Source: Macrostomum hystrix (lineage: Eukaryota > Animalia > Platyhelminthes). Taken from it: DNA of 64,000 nucleotides. The first letter of the stretch is position 1; every line of letters starts with the position of its first letter. The stretch is from NCBI GenBank assembly GCA_950097015.1, contig CATNEN010000012.1, positions 2,542,001 to 2,606,000 on the forward strand, written 5' to 3'. Positions 48,601 through 60,800 of the stretch are shown in pieces. The notes under the pieces were generated by a model, which made no database searches, had not been told where the DNA came from, and saw only the letters and a program-made list of their open reading frames with translations. A program made the position numbers and the translations under genes.

Positions 48601-51600
48601 GAATACCATTTTTGGGATCATTCACACTGAATAGGAATACCATTTTTGGGATCATTCACACTGAATATAGTAGGAATACCATTTTTGGGATTATTCACAC
48701 TGAATAGGAATACCATTTTTGGGATTATTCACACTGAATAGGAATACCATTTTTGGGATCATTCACACTGAATAGGAATACCATTTTTGGGATCATTCAC
48801 ACTGAATAGGAATACCATTTTTGGGATTATTCACACTGAATATAGTAGGAATACCATTTTTGGGATTATTCACACTGAATAGGAATACCATTTTTGGGAT
48901 TATTCACACTGAATAGGAATACCATTTTTGGGATCATTCACACTGAATAGGAATACCATTTTTGGGATCATTCACACTGAATAGGAATACCATTTTTGGG
49001 ATCATTCACACTGAATATAGTAGGAATACCATTTTTGGGATTATTCACACACACAGAATAGGAATACTATTTTTTGGGATCATTCACACTGAATATAGTA
49101 GGAATACCATTTTTGGAATTATTCACACTGAATAGGAATACCATTCTTGGGATCATTCACACTGAATAGGAATACCATTTTTGGGATCATTCACACTGAA
49201 TAGGAATACCATTTTTGGGATCATTCACACTGAATAGGAATACCATTTTTGGGATCATTCACACTGAATAGGAATACCATTTTTGGGATCATTCACACTG
49301 AATAGGAATACCATTTTTGGGATCATTCACACTGAATAGGAATACCATTTTTGGGATCATTCACACTGAATATAGTAGGAATACCATTTTTGGGATTATT
49401 CACACACACAGAATAGGAATACTATTTTTTGGGATCATTCACACTGAATATAGTAGGAATACCATTTTTGGGATTATTCACACTGAATAGGAATACCATT
49501 TTTGGGATTATTCACACTGAATAGGAATACCATTTTTGGGATCATTCACACTGAATAGGAATACCATTTTTGGGATCATTCACACTGAATATAGTAGGAA
49601 TACCATTTTTGGGATTATTCACACTGAATAGGAATACCATTTTTGGGATTATTCACACTGAATAGGAATACCATTTTTGGGATCATTCACACTGAATAGG
49701 AATACCATTTTTGGGATCATTCACACTGAATAGGAATACCATTTTTGGGATTATTCACACTGAATATAGTAGGAATACCATTTTTGGGATTATTCACACA
49801 AAGAATAGGAATACTATTTTTAGGGATCATTCACACTGAATATAGTAGGAATACCATTTTTGGGATTATTCACACACACAGAATAGGAATACCATTTTTA
49901 GGGATCATTCACACTGAATATAGTAGGAATACCATTTTTGGAATTATTCACACACACAGAATAGGAATACTATTTTTTGGGATCATTCACACTGAATAGG
50001 AATACCATTTTTGGGATCATTCACACTGAATATAGTAGGAATACCATTTTTGGGATTATTCACACACACAGAATAGGAATACTATTTTTTGGGATCATTC
50101 ACACTGAATATAGACTTAGGAATACCATTTTTGGGATTATTCACACACACAGAATAGGAATACCATTTTTAGGGATCATTCACACAGAATAGGAATACTA
50201 TTTTTGGGATTATTCACATCGAGCAGGAATATATTCTTTGGGGTAATCCAGTATTTGGTTAATGAAAGCTAAAGAAACTTCACATAAAAGCGATGAAAAT
50301 TTTAATTATTCATTAAAATTCAAAGTACAACAGTTAACAAAGAATGGCTGCATGCTGATAAGGACTTTTGGTTTTGTTTGCAATAAATTGATCCCGGCAA
50401 AAATGGTTTTGAAAGCGATAAAAAAACACGGACGCTGTTCAATACAATTATGGAATGGAATATTTGAAATTGAATAATCGAGATCAAGCCAGGTTTATAT
50501 AAGTACTTTGTAGTTCAATGCTTTAACAGTTTCAAATAGGTATTTCAAATAGCCACATTTTATTTTTTTCTGTATCTCCTAAAATATTCAACCAATCGCC
50601 ATAAAATCCAGAGCACGGGCTAAAATATTCAACCAATCGCCATAAAATCCAGAGCACGGGCTGAAAATTTCCGCTCCATCCGATGAAACACCTTCCAGAA
50701 TCACTAAACATCGGCATCGTCGGGATATTCAACGATTCTCGTCGGTCTGTATCCACGGCGAGGCCACATTTATTTGGGGCGCGGCCGCGGAGGGAAGGCT
50801 TGGGGGCTGGTCGTGCAATTCACGCCATTGAGGGCAAACCTCCAAGGCACAGTGATAGTTGTACACTGCCTGACGATGAGAAAGTCAGGGCAGATGTACA
50901 CACCTGTGTGAGTGTGTGCCTGCGTACAGTATCTGTGTGCGTGTGTGCTCAGGTGTCAGCGAAATCGGCCTTGTGTCACTAAATGATCACTAAATGTGTC
51001 ACTATATGGTGGACTTTCACGAAAATCGGTCATTCGGTTTGGGAGCTACTGTGAAGTGGGCAGTTGGTATTTGAAATTCCCCTCGTGGTGTTTCGCCAGG
51101 GGGAGGAAATAGTGTGATCTTTCTGCTGTTAAGAGAAAATGCGCTTGAAGAAGAAGCCCCACAAAAAATCCTAAATTATCCCCTCTCTAAAAAACCACAA
51201 AAGTCGACGACACAAACGGCAAAAGGAAAATATTTAACAAAAAGTAAAAATGGGAAGCAAGGAAATTCGTTTAACTACATTTAGACAATGAAATAGTTGC
51301 GTTAAACTAATCAGACAACAGGGCGTGGCCGATGGCGACTGAGCAAGTCACGGCGAATAACTTACCTCGCGTGGTTCGGCTAGATAACACTGTCAGGGTT
51401 AGGGGATAAGAAATTACATGCTATTGAAATACAATAGGCTTTGATGAGCGCCTTGCCACAATCCTGGACATCAGTCACTGGCTCATTGCTGTACCGCTGC
51501 TTAATGATTTAAACTTAACTAGAAGACATGACAGGAGGATAAGAGGAAGGGCCAGAGGAAGGATAAAGGAAGGATAGAGGATAAAGAAAGGGTAGAGGAT

Positions 51601-54600
51601 AAAGGAAGGGTAGAGGATAAAGGAAGGGTAGAGGATAAAGGAAGGACAAAGGAAGGGTAGATGATAAAGGGAGGATAAAGGAAGGGTAGAGGATAAAGGA
51701 AGGAGAGAGGATAAAGGAAGAGTAGAGGAAGGATAGAAGGAGTGGTAGAGGAAGGATAGAAGGAAGAGTAGAGGAAGGATAGCAGGAAGAGTAGAGGAAG
51801 GATAGAAGGAAGAATAGAGGAAGGATAGAAGGAAGAGTAGAGGAAGGATAGCAGGAAGAGTAGAGGAAGGATAGAAGGAAGAGTAGAGGAAGGATAGAAG
51901 GAAGAGTAGAGGAAGGATAGAAGGAAGAATAGAGGAAGGATAGAAGGAGGAGTAGAGGAAGGATAGCAGGAAGAGTAGAGGAAGGATAGCAGGAAGAGTA
52001 GAGGAAGGATAGAAGGAAGAGTAGAGGAAGGATAGAAGGAAGAGTAGAGGAAGGATAGAAGGAAGAGTAGAGGAAGGATAGCAGGAAGAGTAGAGGAAGG
52101 ATAGAAGGAAGAGTAGAGGAAGGATAGAAGGAAGAATAGAGGAAGGATAGAAGGAAGAATAGAGGAAGGATAGAAGGAAGAATAGAGGAAGGATAGAAGG
52201 AAGAATATAGGAGAGATAGAAAGAGTAGAGGGGAGATAGGAAGGGTAGAGGGGAGATAGGAATTGATTGCAGTGAAGATACACATGGCAGGGAAAATATT
52301 GCTGAGAGAATGAACAAGGCCCGATTGGGAGAAGGATATGAAGTCAGATACTGTGGAAATACGAGCGTAGTTCAAGGAGGGAATGGAGAGTAGGGAATGC
52401 ATAAAAATCCCAAAATAGCCAGACAAAGTTAAACTCACCCAGCGGCGTCAATGGCGCACCATTCACCGTAAAGGTGACATCGGCCGGTGGCACGGAATGC
52501 GGCGGCCGGCATTCAATTTGAACTTTGTTGCCCTTCAGGCATTCCTTCTGCTGGCGCGTTGGCCCAGCGTCACTGAATGGCTGGATTTCTGAATTTTCCG
52601 AGTGAGGAAATGGTTAGATTTTAAAGCGAAACTAAATGTTATTGCAATGCACTGTCACAACCAAACATTACAGTCCACAGTCACTAACCAGCATTACAGC
52701 CCACTGTCACTACCCAGCATTACAGCCCACTGTCACAACCAAACATTACAGTCCACAGTCACTAACCAGCATTACAGTCCACTGTCACTAACCAGCATTA
52801 CAGCCCACTGTCACTACCCAGCATTACAGCCCACTGTCACAACCAAACATTACAGTCCACAGTCACTAACCAGCATTACAGCCCACTGTCACTACCCAGC
52901 ATTACAGCCCACTGTCACAACCAAACATTACAGTCCACAGTCACTAACCAGCATTACAGCCCACTGTCACTACCCAGCATTACAGCCCACTGTCACAACC
53001 AAACATTACAGTCCACAGTCACTAACCAGCATTACAGCCCACTGTCTCTACCCAGCATTACAGCCCACTGTCTCTACCCAGCATTACAGCCCACTGTCTC
53101 TACCCAGCATTACAGTCCACTGTCACTACCCAGCATTACAGTCCACTGTCACTACCCAGCATTACAGTCCACTGTCTCTACCCAGCATTACAGTCCACTG
53201 TCTCTACCCAGCATTACAGTCCACTGTCTCTACCCAGCATTACAGTCCACTGTCACTACCCAGCATTACAGCCCACTGTCACAACCAAACATTACAGTCC
53301 ACAGTCACTAACCAGCATTACAGTCCACTGTCACTAACCAGCATTACAGCCCACTGTCACTACCCAGCATTACAGCCCACTGTCACAACCAAACATTACA
53401 GTCCACAGTCACTAACCAGCATTACAGCCCACTGTCACTACCCAGCATTACAGCCCACTGTCACAACCAAACATTACAGTCCACAGTCACTAACCAGCAT
53501 TACAGCCCACTGTCACTACCCAGCATTACAGCCCACTGTCACAACCAAACATTACAGTCCACAGTCACTAACCAGCATTACAGCCCACTGTCACTACCCA
53601 GCATTACAGCCCACTGTCACAACCAAACATTACAGTCCACAGTCACTAACCAGCATTACAGCCCACTGTCACTACCCAGCATTACAGCCCACTGTCACAA
53701 CCAAACATTACAGTCCACAGTCACTAACCAGCATTACAGCCCACTGTCTCTACCCAGCATTACAGCCCACTGTCTCTACCCAGCATTACAGCCCACTGTC
53801 TCTACCCAGCATTACAGTCCACTGTCACTACCCAGCATTACAGTCCACTGTCACTACCCAGCATTACAGTCCACTGTCTCTACCCAGCATTACAGTCCAC
53901 TGTCTCTACCCAGCATTACAGTCCACTGTCTCTACCCAGCATTACAGTCCACTGTCACTACCCAGCATTACAGTCCACTGTCACTACCCAGCATTACAGT
54001 CCACTGTCTCTACCCAGCATTACAGTCCACTGTCACTAACCAGCGTTACAGAAAATTGCAGCTTTTAATGTACAGCATAAAGACTACTTGAAAATACAGT
54101 AAGAATAAGAACAGTAAGAATTTTTTCTACGAACCCACCGATAATCTTCACTTGAAATGGCGAACCAATCAGAGCAAATTTGCTATTGGTAACAGCCTTG
54201 CAGAAGAACTGATACTCGGCCAATTCCGATGCCGATTCCACTAGTTGAGTCTGGACTTCGATACCGTTGCTAAGGCAACGCACGCCGGGCCCGATAACGC
54301 TATTGTTGGGCACAAATAGGATCTTATCGGCAGAGCGGCGCCTGTAGCCGCACTGGAGAGCCGAGGTGCTGCCGCGCACTGTGCAGCCCAGAAGAACTGT
54401 GGAATTCGCTCTGACGTACGTCAGCGGCTCCGGCTGGCTGGCCAACTCGGGCATCACTGCAACGGGGTGGGTGGGTGGCCAGAACAACTAGTTTTTTAGG
54501 CATATCAAGTTTATTCTACCTCGTTTTGAATTTATCACATGCTGCCGAGACTGACAAATATGTGTAGTTAGATACTTCAGATATTCTGCTGCGATACCCT

Positions 54601-57600
54601 CTAATTCAGATACTCTGCTGCGATACCCTCTAATTCAGATACTCTGCTGCGATACCCTTTAATTCAGATACTCTGCTGCGATACCCTCTAATTCAGATAT
54701 TCAGCTACGATACCCTTTTCTGCGGTTCTATTTGGATAGCACAGAATCCCTTAGAACAATTGTAAATTCGCTAAGGTCAAATTTTAGCTTTCTGAAGCCT
54801 AATTACGACACTGTTACTGTACATGATATATCATGAGCTCACTAAGCTATAATTGTTGCAGTTTTCAATCAAATAAAGTCACCTAGTCAGTAGTTAATAC
54901 TCTATAAAATCTAAGATAAGTGATATTGAGCGTCAGTTGACACCTGTTTAGATTATTAAAGCGTGAAATGTAGAAATAAAATCCGCAAGATCGACGCCCT
55001 GGCAGTTAAAAATCTAGTTTAACGATAAGACACATTTACAGCTGTACTATGACCGCAAATGAAATCTTTGGAACACAGGCAGTAAATGGTGTCATTGTCA
55101 GTCAAATACACAGCAGCATACCATGCGCGTCTGTGCACTGAACAGCCTATTCAACTTATTCACTAAATTAATATGAAAAACTGACATTGCGCCCGAAGAT
55201 TAGAGAAATGAAGTCTAGCTTGAGGATCTGGGAGGTTAGGTGGGATAATCTAGCTTGAGGATCTGGGAGGTTAGGTCGTATAATCTAGCTTGAGGATCTG
55301 GGAGGTTAGGTGGGATAATCTAGCTTGAGGATCTGGGAGGTTAGGTGGGACAGTCTAGCTTGAGGATCTGGGAGGTTAGGTGGGATAATCTAGCTTGAGG
55401 ATCTGGGAGGTTAGGTGGGACAGTCTAGCTTGAGGATCTGGGAGGTTAGGTGGGATAATCTAGCTTGAGGATCTGGGAGGTTAGGTGGGACAGTCTAGCT
55501 TGAGGATCTGAGAGATAGGTGGGACAGTCTAGCTTGAGGATCTGAGAGATAGGTGGGACAGTCTAGCTTGAGGATCTGGGAGATAGGTGGTACAGTCTAG
55601 CTTGAGGATCTGAGAGATAGGTGGGACAGTCTAGCCTGAGGATCTGGGAGATAGGTGGTACAGTCTAGCTTGAGGATCTGAGAGATAGGTGGGACAGTCT
55701 AGCTTGAGGATCTGAGAGATAGGTGGGACAGTCTAGCTTGAGGATCTGAGAGATAGGTGGGACAGTCTAGCTTGAGGATCTGGGAGATAGGTGGGACAGT
55801 CTAGCTTGAGGATCTGGGAGATAGGTGGGACAGTCTAGCTTGAGGATCTGAGAGATAGGTGGGACAGTCTAGCTTGAGGATCTGGGAGGTTAGTGGGACA
55901 GTCTAGCCTGAGGATCTGGGAGATGGGTGCCACAGTCTAGCGTGAGGATCTGGGAGATGGGTGCCACAGTCTAGCCTGAGGATCTGGGAGATGGGTGCCA
56001 CAGTCTAGCGTGAGGATCTGGGAGATGGGTGCCACAGTCTAGCCTGAGGATCTGGGAGATGGGTGCCACAGTCTAGCCTGAGGATCTGGGAGATGGGTGC
56101 CACAGTCTAGCCTGAGGATCTGGGAGATGGGTGCCACAGTCTAGCCTGAGGATCTGGGAGATGGGTGCCACAGTCTAGCCTGAGGATCTGGGAGATGGGT
56201 GCCACAGTCTAGCCTGAGGATCTGGGAGATGGGTGCCACAGTCTAGCCTGAGGATCTGGGAGATGGGTGCCACAGTCTAGCCTGAGGATCTGGGAGATGG
56301 GTGCCACAGTCTAGCCTGAGGATCTGGGAGATGGGTGCCACAGTCTAGCCTGAGGATCTGGGAGACAGGTGGGACTGTCTAGCTTGAGGATCTGAGAGAT
56401 AGGTGGGACAGTCTAGCTTGAGGATCTGAGAGATAGGTGGGACAGTCTAGCTTGAGGATCTGGGAGGTTAGGTGGGACAGTCTAGCCTGAGGATCTGGGA
56501 GATAGGTGGGACAGTCTAGCTTGAGGATCTGAGAGATAGGTGGGACAGTCTAGCTTGAGGATCTGAGAGATAGGTGGGACAGTCTAGCTTGAGGATCTGG
56601 GAGGTTAGGTGGGACAGTCTAGCTTGAGGATCTGGGAGATAGGTGGGACAGTCTAGCTTGAGGATCTGGGAGGTTAGGTGGGACAGTCTAGCCTGAGGAT
56701 CTGGGAGATAGGACAGTCTAGCCTGAGGATCTGGGAGGTTAGGTGGGACAGTCTAGCCTGAGGATCTGGGAGGTTAGGTGGGACAGTCTAGCTTGAAGTT
56801 CTGGGAGATAGGTGGGAGTCTAATTGAAAACTAGGGACATTGAATATCTTGAGTTATCTGATAAGGCGGTGTAAGTTAAGCTTTTGTGAGACATGGATCG
56901 AATGTAAAGGATCTGGTAGTGACAGTTTATCATAAATTGAAGAGGCTGATGAATCAACCTAGTCACGCTGGATTTCGGGATCCTTCAGCTCTAGACAGAT
57001 GCCGCAGAAGATTTGCATTGGACAGTAGGAGACTGGTGATGACGCATCGCATTTGTGTAGTAGTATGCGGCAGCTACAGAACTGCCAGACATGATTAATA
57101 ATCGGACCAGAATACAAGAGCCATAGTCGAGGCGTCAAGAAGTTAGCTGAGCGCGAACAAGACGCATATAGGAAGCTAAACTAGTAGGAGAGGAAGAAAA
57201 TCCCCTTGAGATGGGCTCGAGAAGTTGATGAAGAGTTGAGCACGGAACTCGGGACTACATATAGATCTATACGGTCTAGACTCTAGACTCTAGACTATAG
57301 GGAAATCAGCAAGTGAGAAGGCGAGCAGGAATTCAATAAAAACACTCGCTACGGTGGAGGGGGCCCACAACCAAATCTACTGAAAATATGAGCCAGAATC
57401 TCAACTACTCTCACACGATACACACAAGTTAGTAGAGCGCTTCCATTTGAACCTCTTTCCTTTCCTAATTCATTTTTTATTTTAAAAGCAGAATAGAAAG
57501 GAAAATAAAATGGCTGCAAGAACAATTCTAGACGGACAGCTGCCGGGAGCTCCAAATTTAGGGTTTACTGTTCTTTTCTTGCACGAATTATCTAATCTCG

Positions 57601-58539
57601 TTAGATTTAGCATAGCAGCGAGTGTCTGTGCTCATAGCTCATTGTACTATGGCATAAACTGTAGCCTATAGCTGACACAAACAAATTAGATTAGCTAAAC
57701 TAAGGCCTACCCAGTGCTTAACTAGACTGTTAGGATAAGAGGGTTAAAAAAGAGAAGAAACGATCAGGTGTCCCTGAGGAGATCGACTCAACTGCCTGGT
57801 AGGTATTACGTAATATACAGAGCATTAGAAGCGGTTATATAAGGCAGCACACTTTTTTTCTTCCAGCTCTTTTTTCTCCTCTCTCTCTCAGCCTCCCGTT
57901 TCTCCATCTTTTCATTGTCTGCTTTGCCTCGATTTGAAAAAAGGGCCGTAAATCTTTGCATTTTAAATTAATGAAAGTCGAGCAATTGTCACGCAAAGCA
58001 CCTTTTCATTAGTGAGGTGAAGATAATAACATTTTTTGTCTTACGAGCGAATAAGCTTGAAAATGAAACAAATTACAGAAACTTGAATGATTACAGCGGT
58101 TTATTATAGACCAAATCTAATTAAGAGGAGTAAAACTAATGCACATTAAGGCTTAATTAAGTAGGCTTAATTTTTTCCTGTACCATCAATCGGCAACATA
58201 AAGGGCAAGCTAGTATTAAGTGTTTTTTTTCGCGCGCTTGTGAATGAAAATTGAAAAAGGCGATTTAAAACGAATGCTGCCTGGAAAGAGTTGGTTACTG
58301 TACACTAGCTGGCTAGAAAGAGAGAGAGAGAAAGAGCCAGAAGGAAATAAGTTAGGAGAGTGGGCGAAAATCGTAAAAGCCGGATTTACAATCGAGGCTA
58401 CACAGACTCGTGTAGCCTATTATTACTATGGCTTTAATGTATTACGCATGTTGGTGTGTGCAGATCCAGCACCATCCGAACAAACAACCACCCCAACCTC
58501 ACTAGTGATGCACAATTGCAGCAGCAGCAGCAGCAGCAT
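36496..58539 (-). CDS. Ihog/CDON/BOC-family Ig-FN3 single-pass receptor (4 Ig + 2 FN3 + TM + long low-complexity tail)
   Basis: Phase-compatible exons: 54139-54456 (Ig1), 52439-52588 (Ig2 start, IECRPPHSVPPADV), 43362-43685 (Ig3), 43105-43269 + 42149-42277 (Ig4), 41830-42045 (linker), 40798-41176 (FN3-1), 39414-39826 (FN3-2 and TM MYIILGCLGGLTLIVVLIVICLC), 37263-38405 and 36496-37148. The signal exon 58446-58539 and the small exon 51366-51420 are tentative. The second half of Ig2 is unresolved. The TM and Ig2 motifs resemble CDON/BOC as recalled. Confidence 0.72.
38888..39245 (+). repeat. 26-27-bp minisatellite (GGTGTCATTTTGCTGATGGGGTTGG..)
   Basis: Intronic tandem array. Confidence 0.9.
39900..40750 (+). 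repeat. GACA/GATT/GGCA compound microsatellite
   Basis: Lies in the intron between the FN3 exons. It explains the SVCLSIC ORFs. Confidence 0.92.
41215..41765 (+). repeat. 30-bp minisatellite (GAAGCTGGAAGACTAGCCATGGGATCTGGG)
   Basis: Within intron 41177-41829. Confidence 0.93.
42560..43050 (+). repeat. 20-bp minisatellite (GGGATCTGGGAGGTCAGTAA)
   Basis: Intronic tandem array. Confidence 0.92.
43762..44290 (+). repeat. 30-bp minisatellite (GGAATGTGGAGTGATGGGAAGGCAGTAGGT)
   Basis: Intronic tandem array. Confidence 0.93.
44440..44665 (+). repeat. 31-bp minisatellite (AATCAAATCAAGGTGACAACAGACCCTGAAG)
   Basis: About 7 copies. Confidence 0.9.
45152..46175 (+). repeat. 29-bp minisatellite (GAGAAGACAGGGGTGTCTTACAGGT+TAGT/CAAT/TGAT)
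   Basis: About 35 copies; the variant classes are polarised along the array. Confidence 0.95.
46903..50220 (+). repeat. 34-bp satellite (GAATAGGAATACCATTTTTGGGAT[T/C]ATTCACACT) with longer variants; 3.3 kb
   Basis: Largest array in the window. Longer variants accumulate in the right half. Confidence 0.96.
50579..50665 (+). repeat. 41-bp tandem duplication
   Basis: AAAATATTCAACCAATCGCCATAAAATCCAGAGCACGGGCT x2. Confidence 0.85.
51540..52260 (+). repeat. 23-bp purine-rich minisatellite (GAGGAAGGATAGAAGGAAGAGTA)
   Basis: The strand is nearly all purine over ~700 bp. Confidence 0.93.
52648..54048 (+). repeat. 26-bp minisatellite with 78-bp trimeric higher-order units
   Basis: CAGCATTACAGCCCACTGTCACTACC and variants. 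Confidence 0.94.
54578..54715 (+). repeat. 29-bp minisatellite (CTAATTCAGATACTCTGCTGCGATACCCT)
   Basis: About 4.5 copies. Confidence 0.85.
55214..56815 (+). repeat. 34-35-bp minisatellite (TCTAGCTTGAGGATCTGGGAGGTTAGGTGGGACAG)
   Basis: About 46 copies with a homogeneous central variant block. Confidence 0.95.
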
Positions 58540-59744
58540 CCACGCCTTTTCGCAACAAGAAAGCAGGAAAGGAAGGAAACAGACGGAGGACAGAAAGAGG
58601 ATTGGACGCAATGGGTGGGCCGAATGAAATGGCTTAGCTAGAGGCCGGGGGCTGCTGAAGTACATTTGCGCACACAACATAATGTCAGTGGACAGGGAGA
58701 CAGAGGAAATTGATTTTGGCACACAGTAGACTAATAGAGTAAAATATTTGGGAGAAAAAGGAAGAAAATAATCCCTAGGGCAGGGATGTAATAAGGAAGA
58801 CATCTGAACCTGAAGACGAATGGCTATATCAGTTGAAGGTAATTTCTGAATCCAGCGAGGGCCTCGGTCTGTGCTTGGGGACAGAGAAATCAGCGGAGTG
58901 GGGAGGGGCGGCAAGTTAAAATCAGGTGGGAAGGATGAGTGAGGATCAGAGGCAGATAGGGTGGCACCGATTGATCCCATGGGGACAGAACAGTGCGCCA
59001 GGAAAGGTGAATCGATAGGCTAACAGAGATGAGCAAAATCAGGCCTTAATTTAAAGTCCTCTCTCTGGGATTGACAAAGCTGTCAATTTTTTGTCAATCT
59101 AAAATCTAAGAGGACACTCACACGGATTATGAGATAAAATATGTCGAAAACATATCCCGTCACGATTCGAATCAATCGCGGAGGAAGAAAGGAAGACAGA
59201 CAGATGAAGCACCGATAAGAAGCCTGGGATGAAAATGTACTTTTAAGTCTAGTTAAACAAGGGCTTGTTAGTTAATGTAGGCAGATGCAAAACAATTTAG
59301 ATTTGTTTAATTGAGAAACAAGAACAGCTCACCATATTGAGCAGCTGAGCTGGTAATTAGTAGCAGAGCTCCAACTAGCAAGCTAACACTGTTGGCGGCC
59401 AAACCAAAGGATGCCATTAGCTAGCGATGGTAAAAATCAATCGATTTTCTCAATTAGTTTCCGGCGACACCAGGGCTTGAGAAGCAGCGTTTATTTGACT
59501 CCGAATAAATAGCACACAACCACTATGCTGCAGATTATTGCATGCCTGCACCAAGCTGAAATGATGGTCAATTTAAATATGCTTTAGATTTTGGATTTCT
59601 TTTAATACGAGCGTACAGTAAGTACAGTCTTGACACGAAACTTTGACATAATATGGATAATTATCTAGTTCAAATAAAATACGATTCTACTGTTCTATAT
59701 TATATAAAACCAATATTAAGTCCTAGATATTGCGCAGCGCTTAC

Positions 59745-59800
59745 AAGCCTGTGTACAGCTGTTCAGTCCATGGACTGTTAACCGCCGCATCAGCTGAGAC
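59745..59800 (-). mobile_element. SINE 3' fragment
   Basis: GTACAGCTGTTCAGTCCATGGACT..CATCAGCTG is shared with the other copies. Confidence 0.5.
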
Positions 59801-60589
59801 AAATATATACTAAAAAGAGCTGATTTAAAAAACTGATTTTTTATGCGTTTGGCACGCCTAGATTATGGAATCCAGAAAATTAGTAGAACAAACAGAAAAT
59901 CTAATATTGAATAACAGCTTCAGTCACTTCAGAAAGCACTTTCGGTTAAAGATTACATAACTGAATAAACACAACCTGTACAGTGGGTAGATTTGTGCAT
60001 GCGTTTCTCTTTGCAAAATTTGAAAGGCTTTGAAAGGCGACAAAGAAATTAGTGGGGTTAAAACAGGAAATCAAGAAAAGGTGTACAGGGGAGTGGCTGA
60101 CCTTGTAGTACTAGATTTAAGGTCAATGAATAGCGGTCGATTGGTAACCAAGGGTCGGGGGTTGGGATGAGACGAGATCGAAGCAATTTAGACACGATAG
60201 AGAGGCAAGAGGTCATTAACAAGCTCTCGGATTTGAGCCTCCAAATCCATTTGATAACATTACAGGGCATAAGATCAAGAAGACAGGGGAGTTTAGAAGC
60301 AGAGATCAAACAGACCAATCTACGAGTTCCGAGTTATCCCCCTGTGTGACCCGGGCCCAGGGTGGAAGTTTTTTCCACACTCTAATCATGCTCTAGTTCG
60401 CTGGCTGGAAAATTTCTTCTCCATCCAAGAAAGCTTCTAATCTTGGGGTTTAAGTGTCAATTACACGAAATTCTATTTCATATAGGTCGCATTTTAGCCA
60501 TATAATACTTTCGATTTCGAAGTTGTGCAGGATTCACACTCGCAGAACCACTGTAACACTTATCTTGAAAGTTCCTTATCTCACCAGTG

Positions 60590-60800
60590 TTTTATCTATT
60601 CTGTATATTCTCTCTCTCGTGTCTCATCGAACCCTAATCTCATCTCTCCCGTGTATAATCAATTCCTTATCTAATCTCTCCCTAACATAATTTCTCCCCT
60701 GTCTCATCTATCCCTTATCTAATGTCCCGCGTTTCTCATCTATTTATTATCTAATCTCTCCCGTGTCTCATCTATCCCTTATCTAATCTCTCGGTGTCTC
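60590..60800 (+). repeat. Degenerate pyrimidine-rich repeat (CTAATCTCTCCCGTGTCTCATCTATCCCTTAT-like)
   Basis: Four to five diverged copies. Confidence 0.6.

Noticed and set aside
51475-54068. Hydrophobic LLFLLSFLYSS ORFs and the 488-aa HYSPLSL ORF
   Set aside because: These are translations of the 23-bp and 26-bp arrays.
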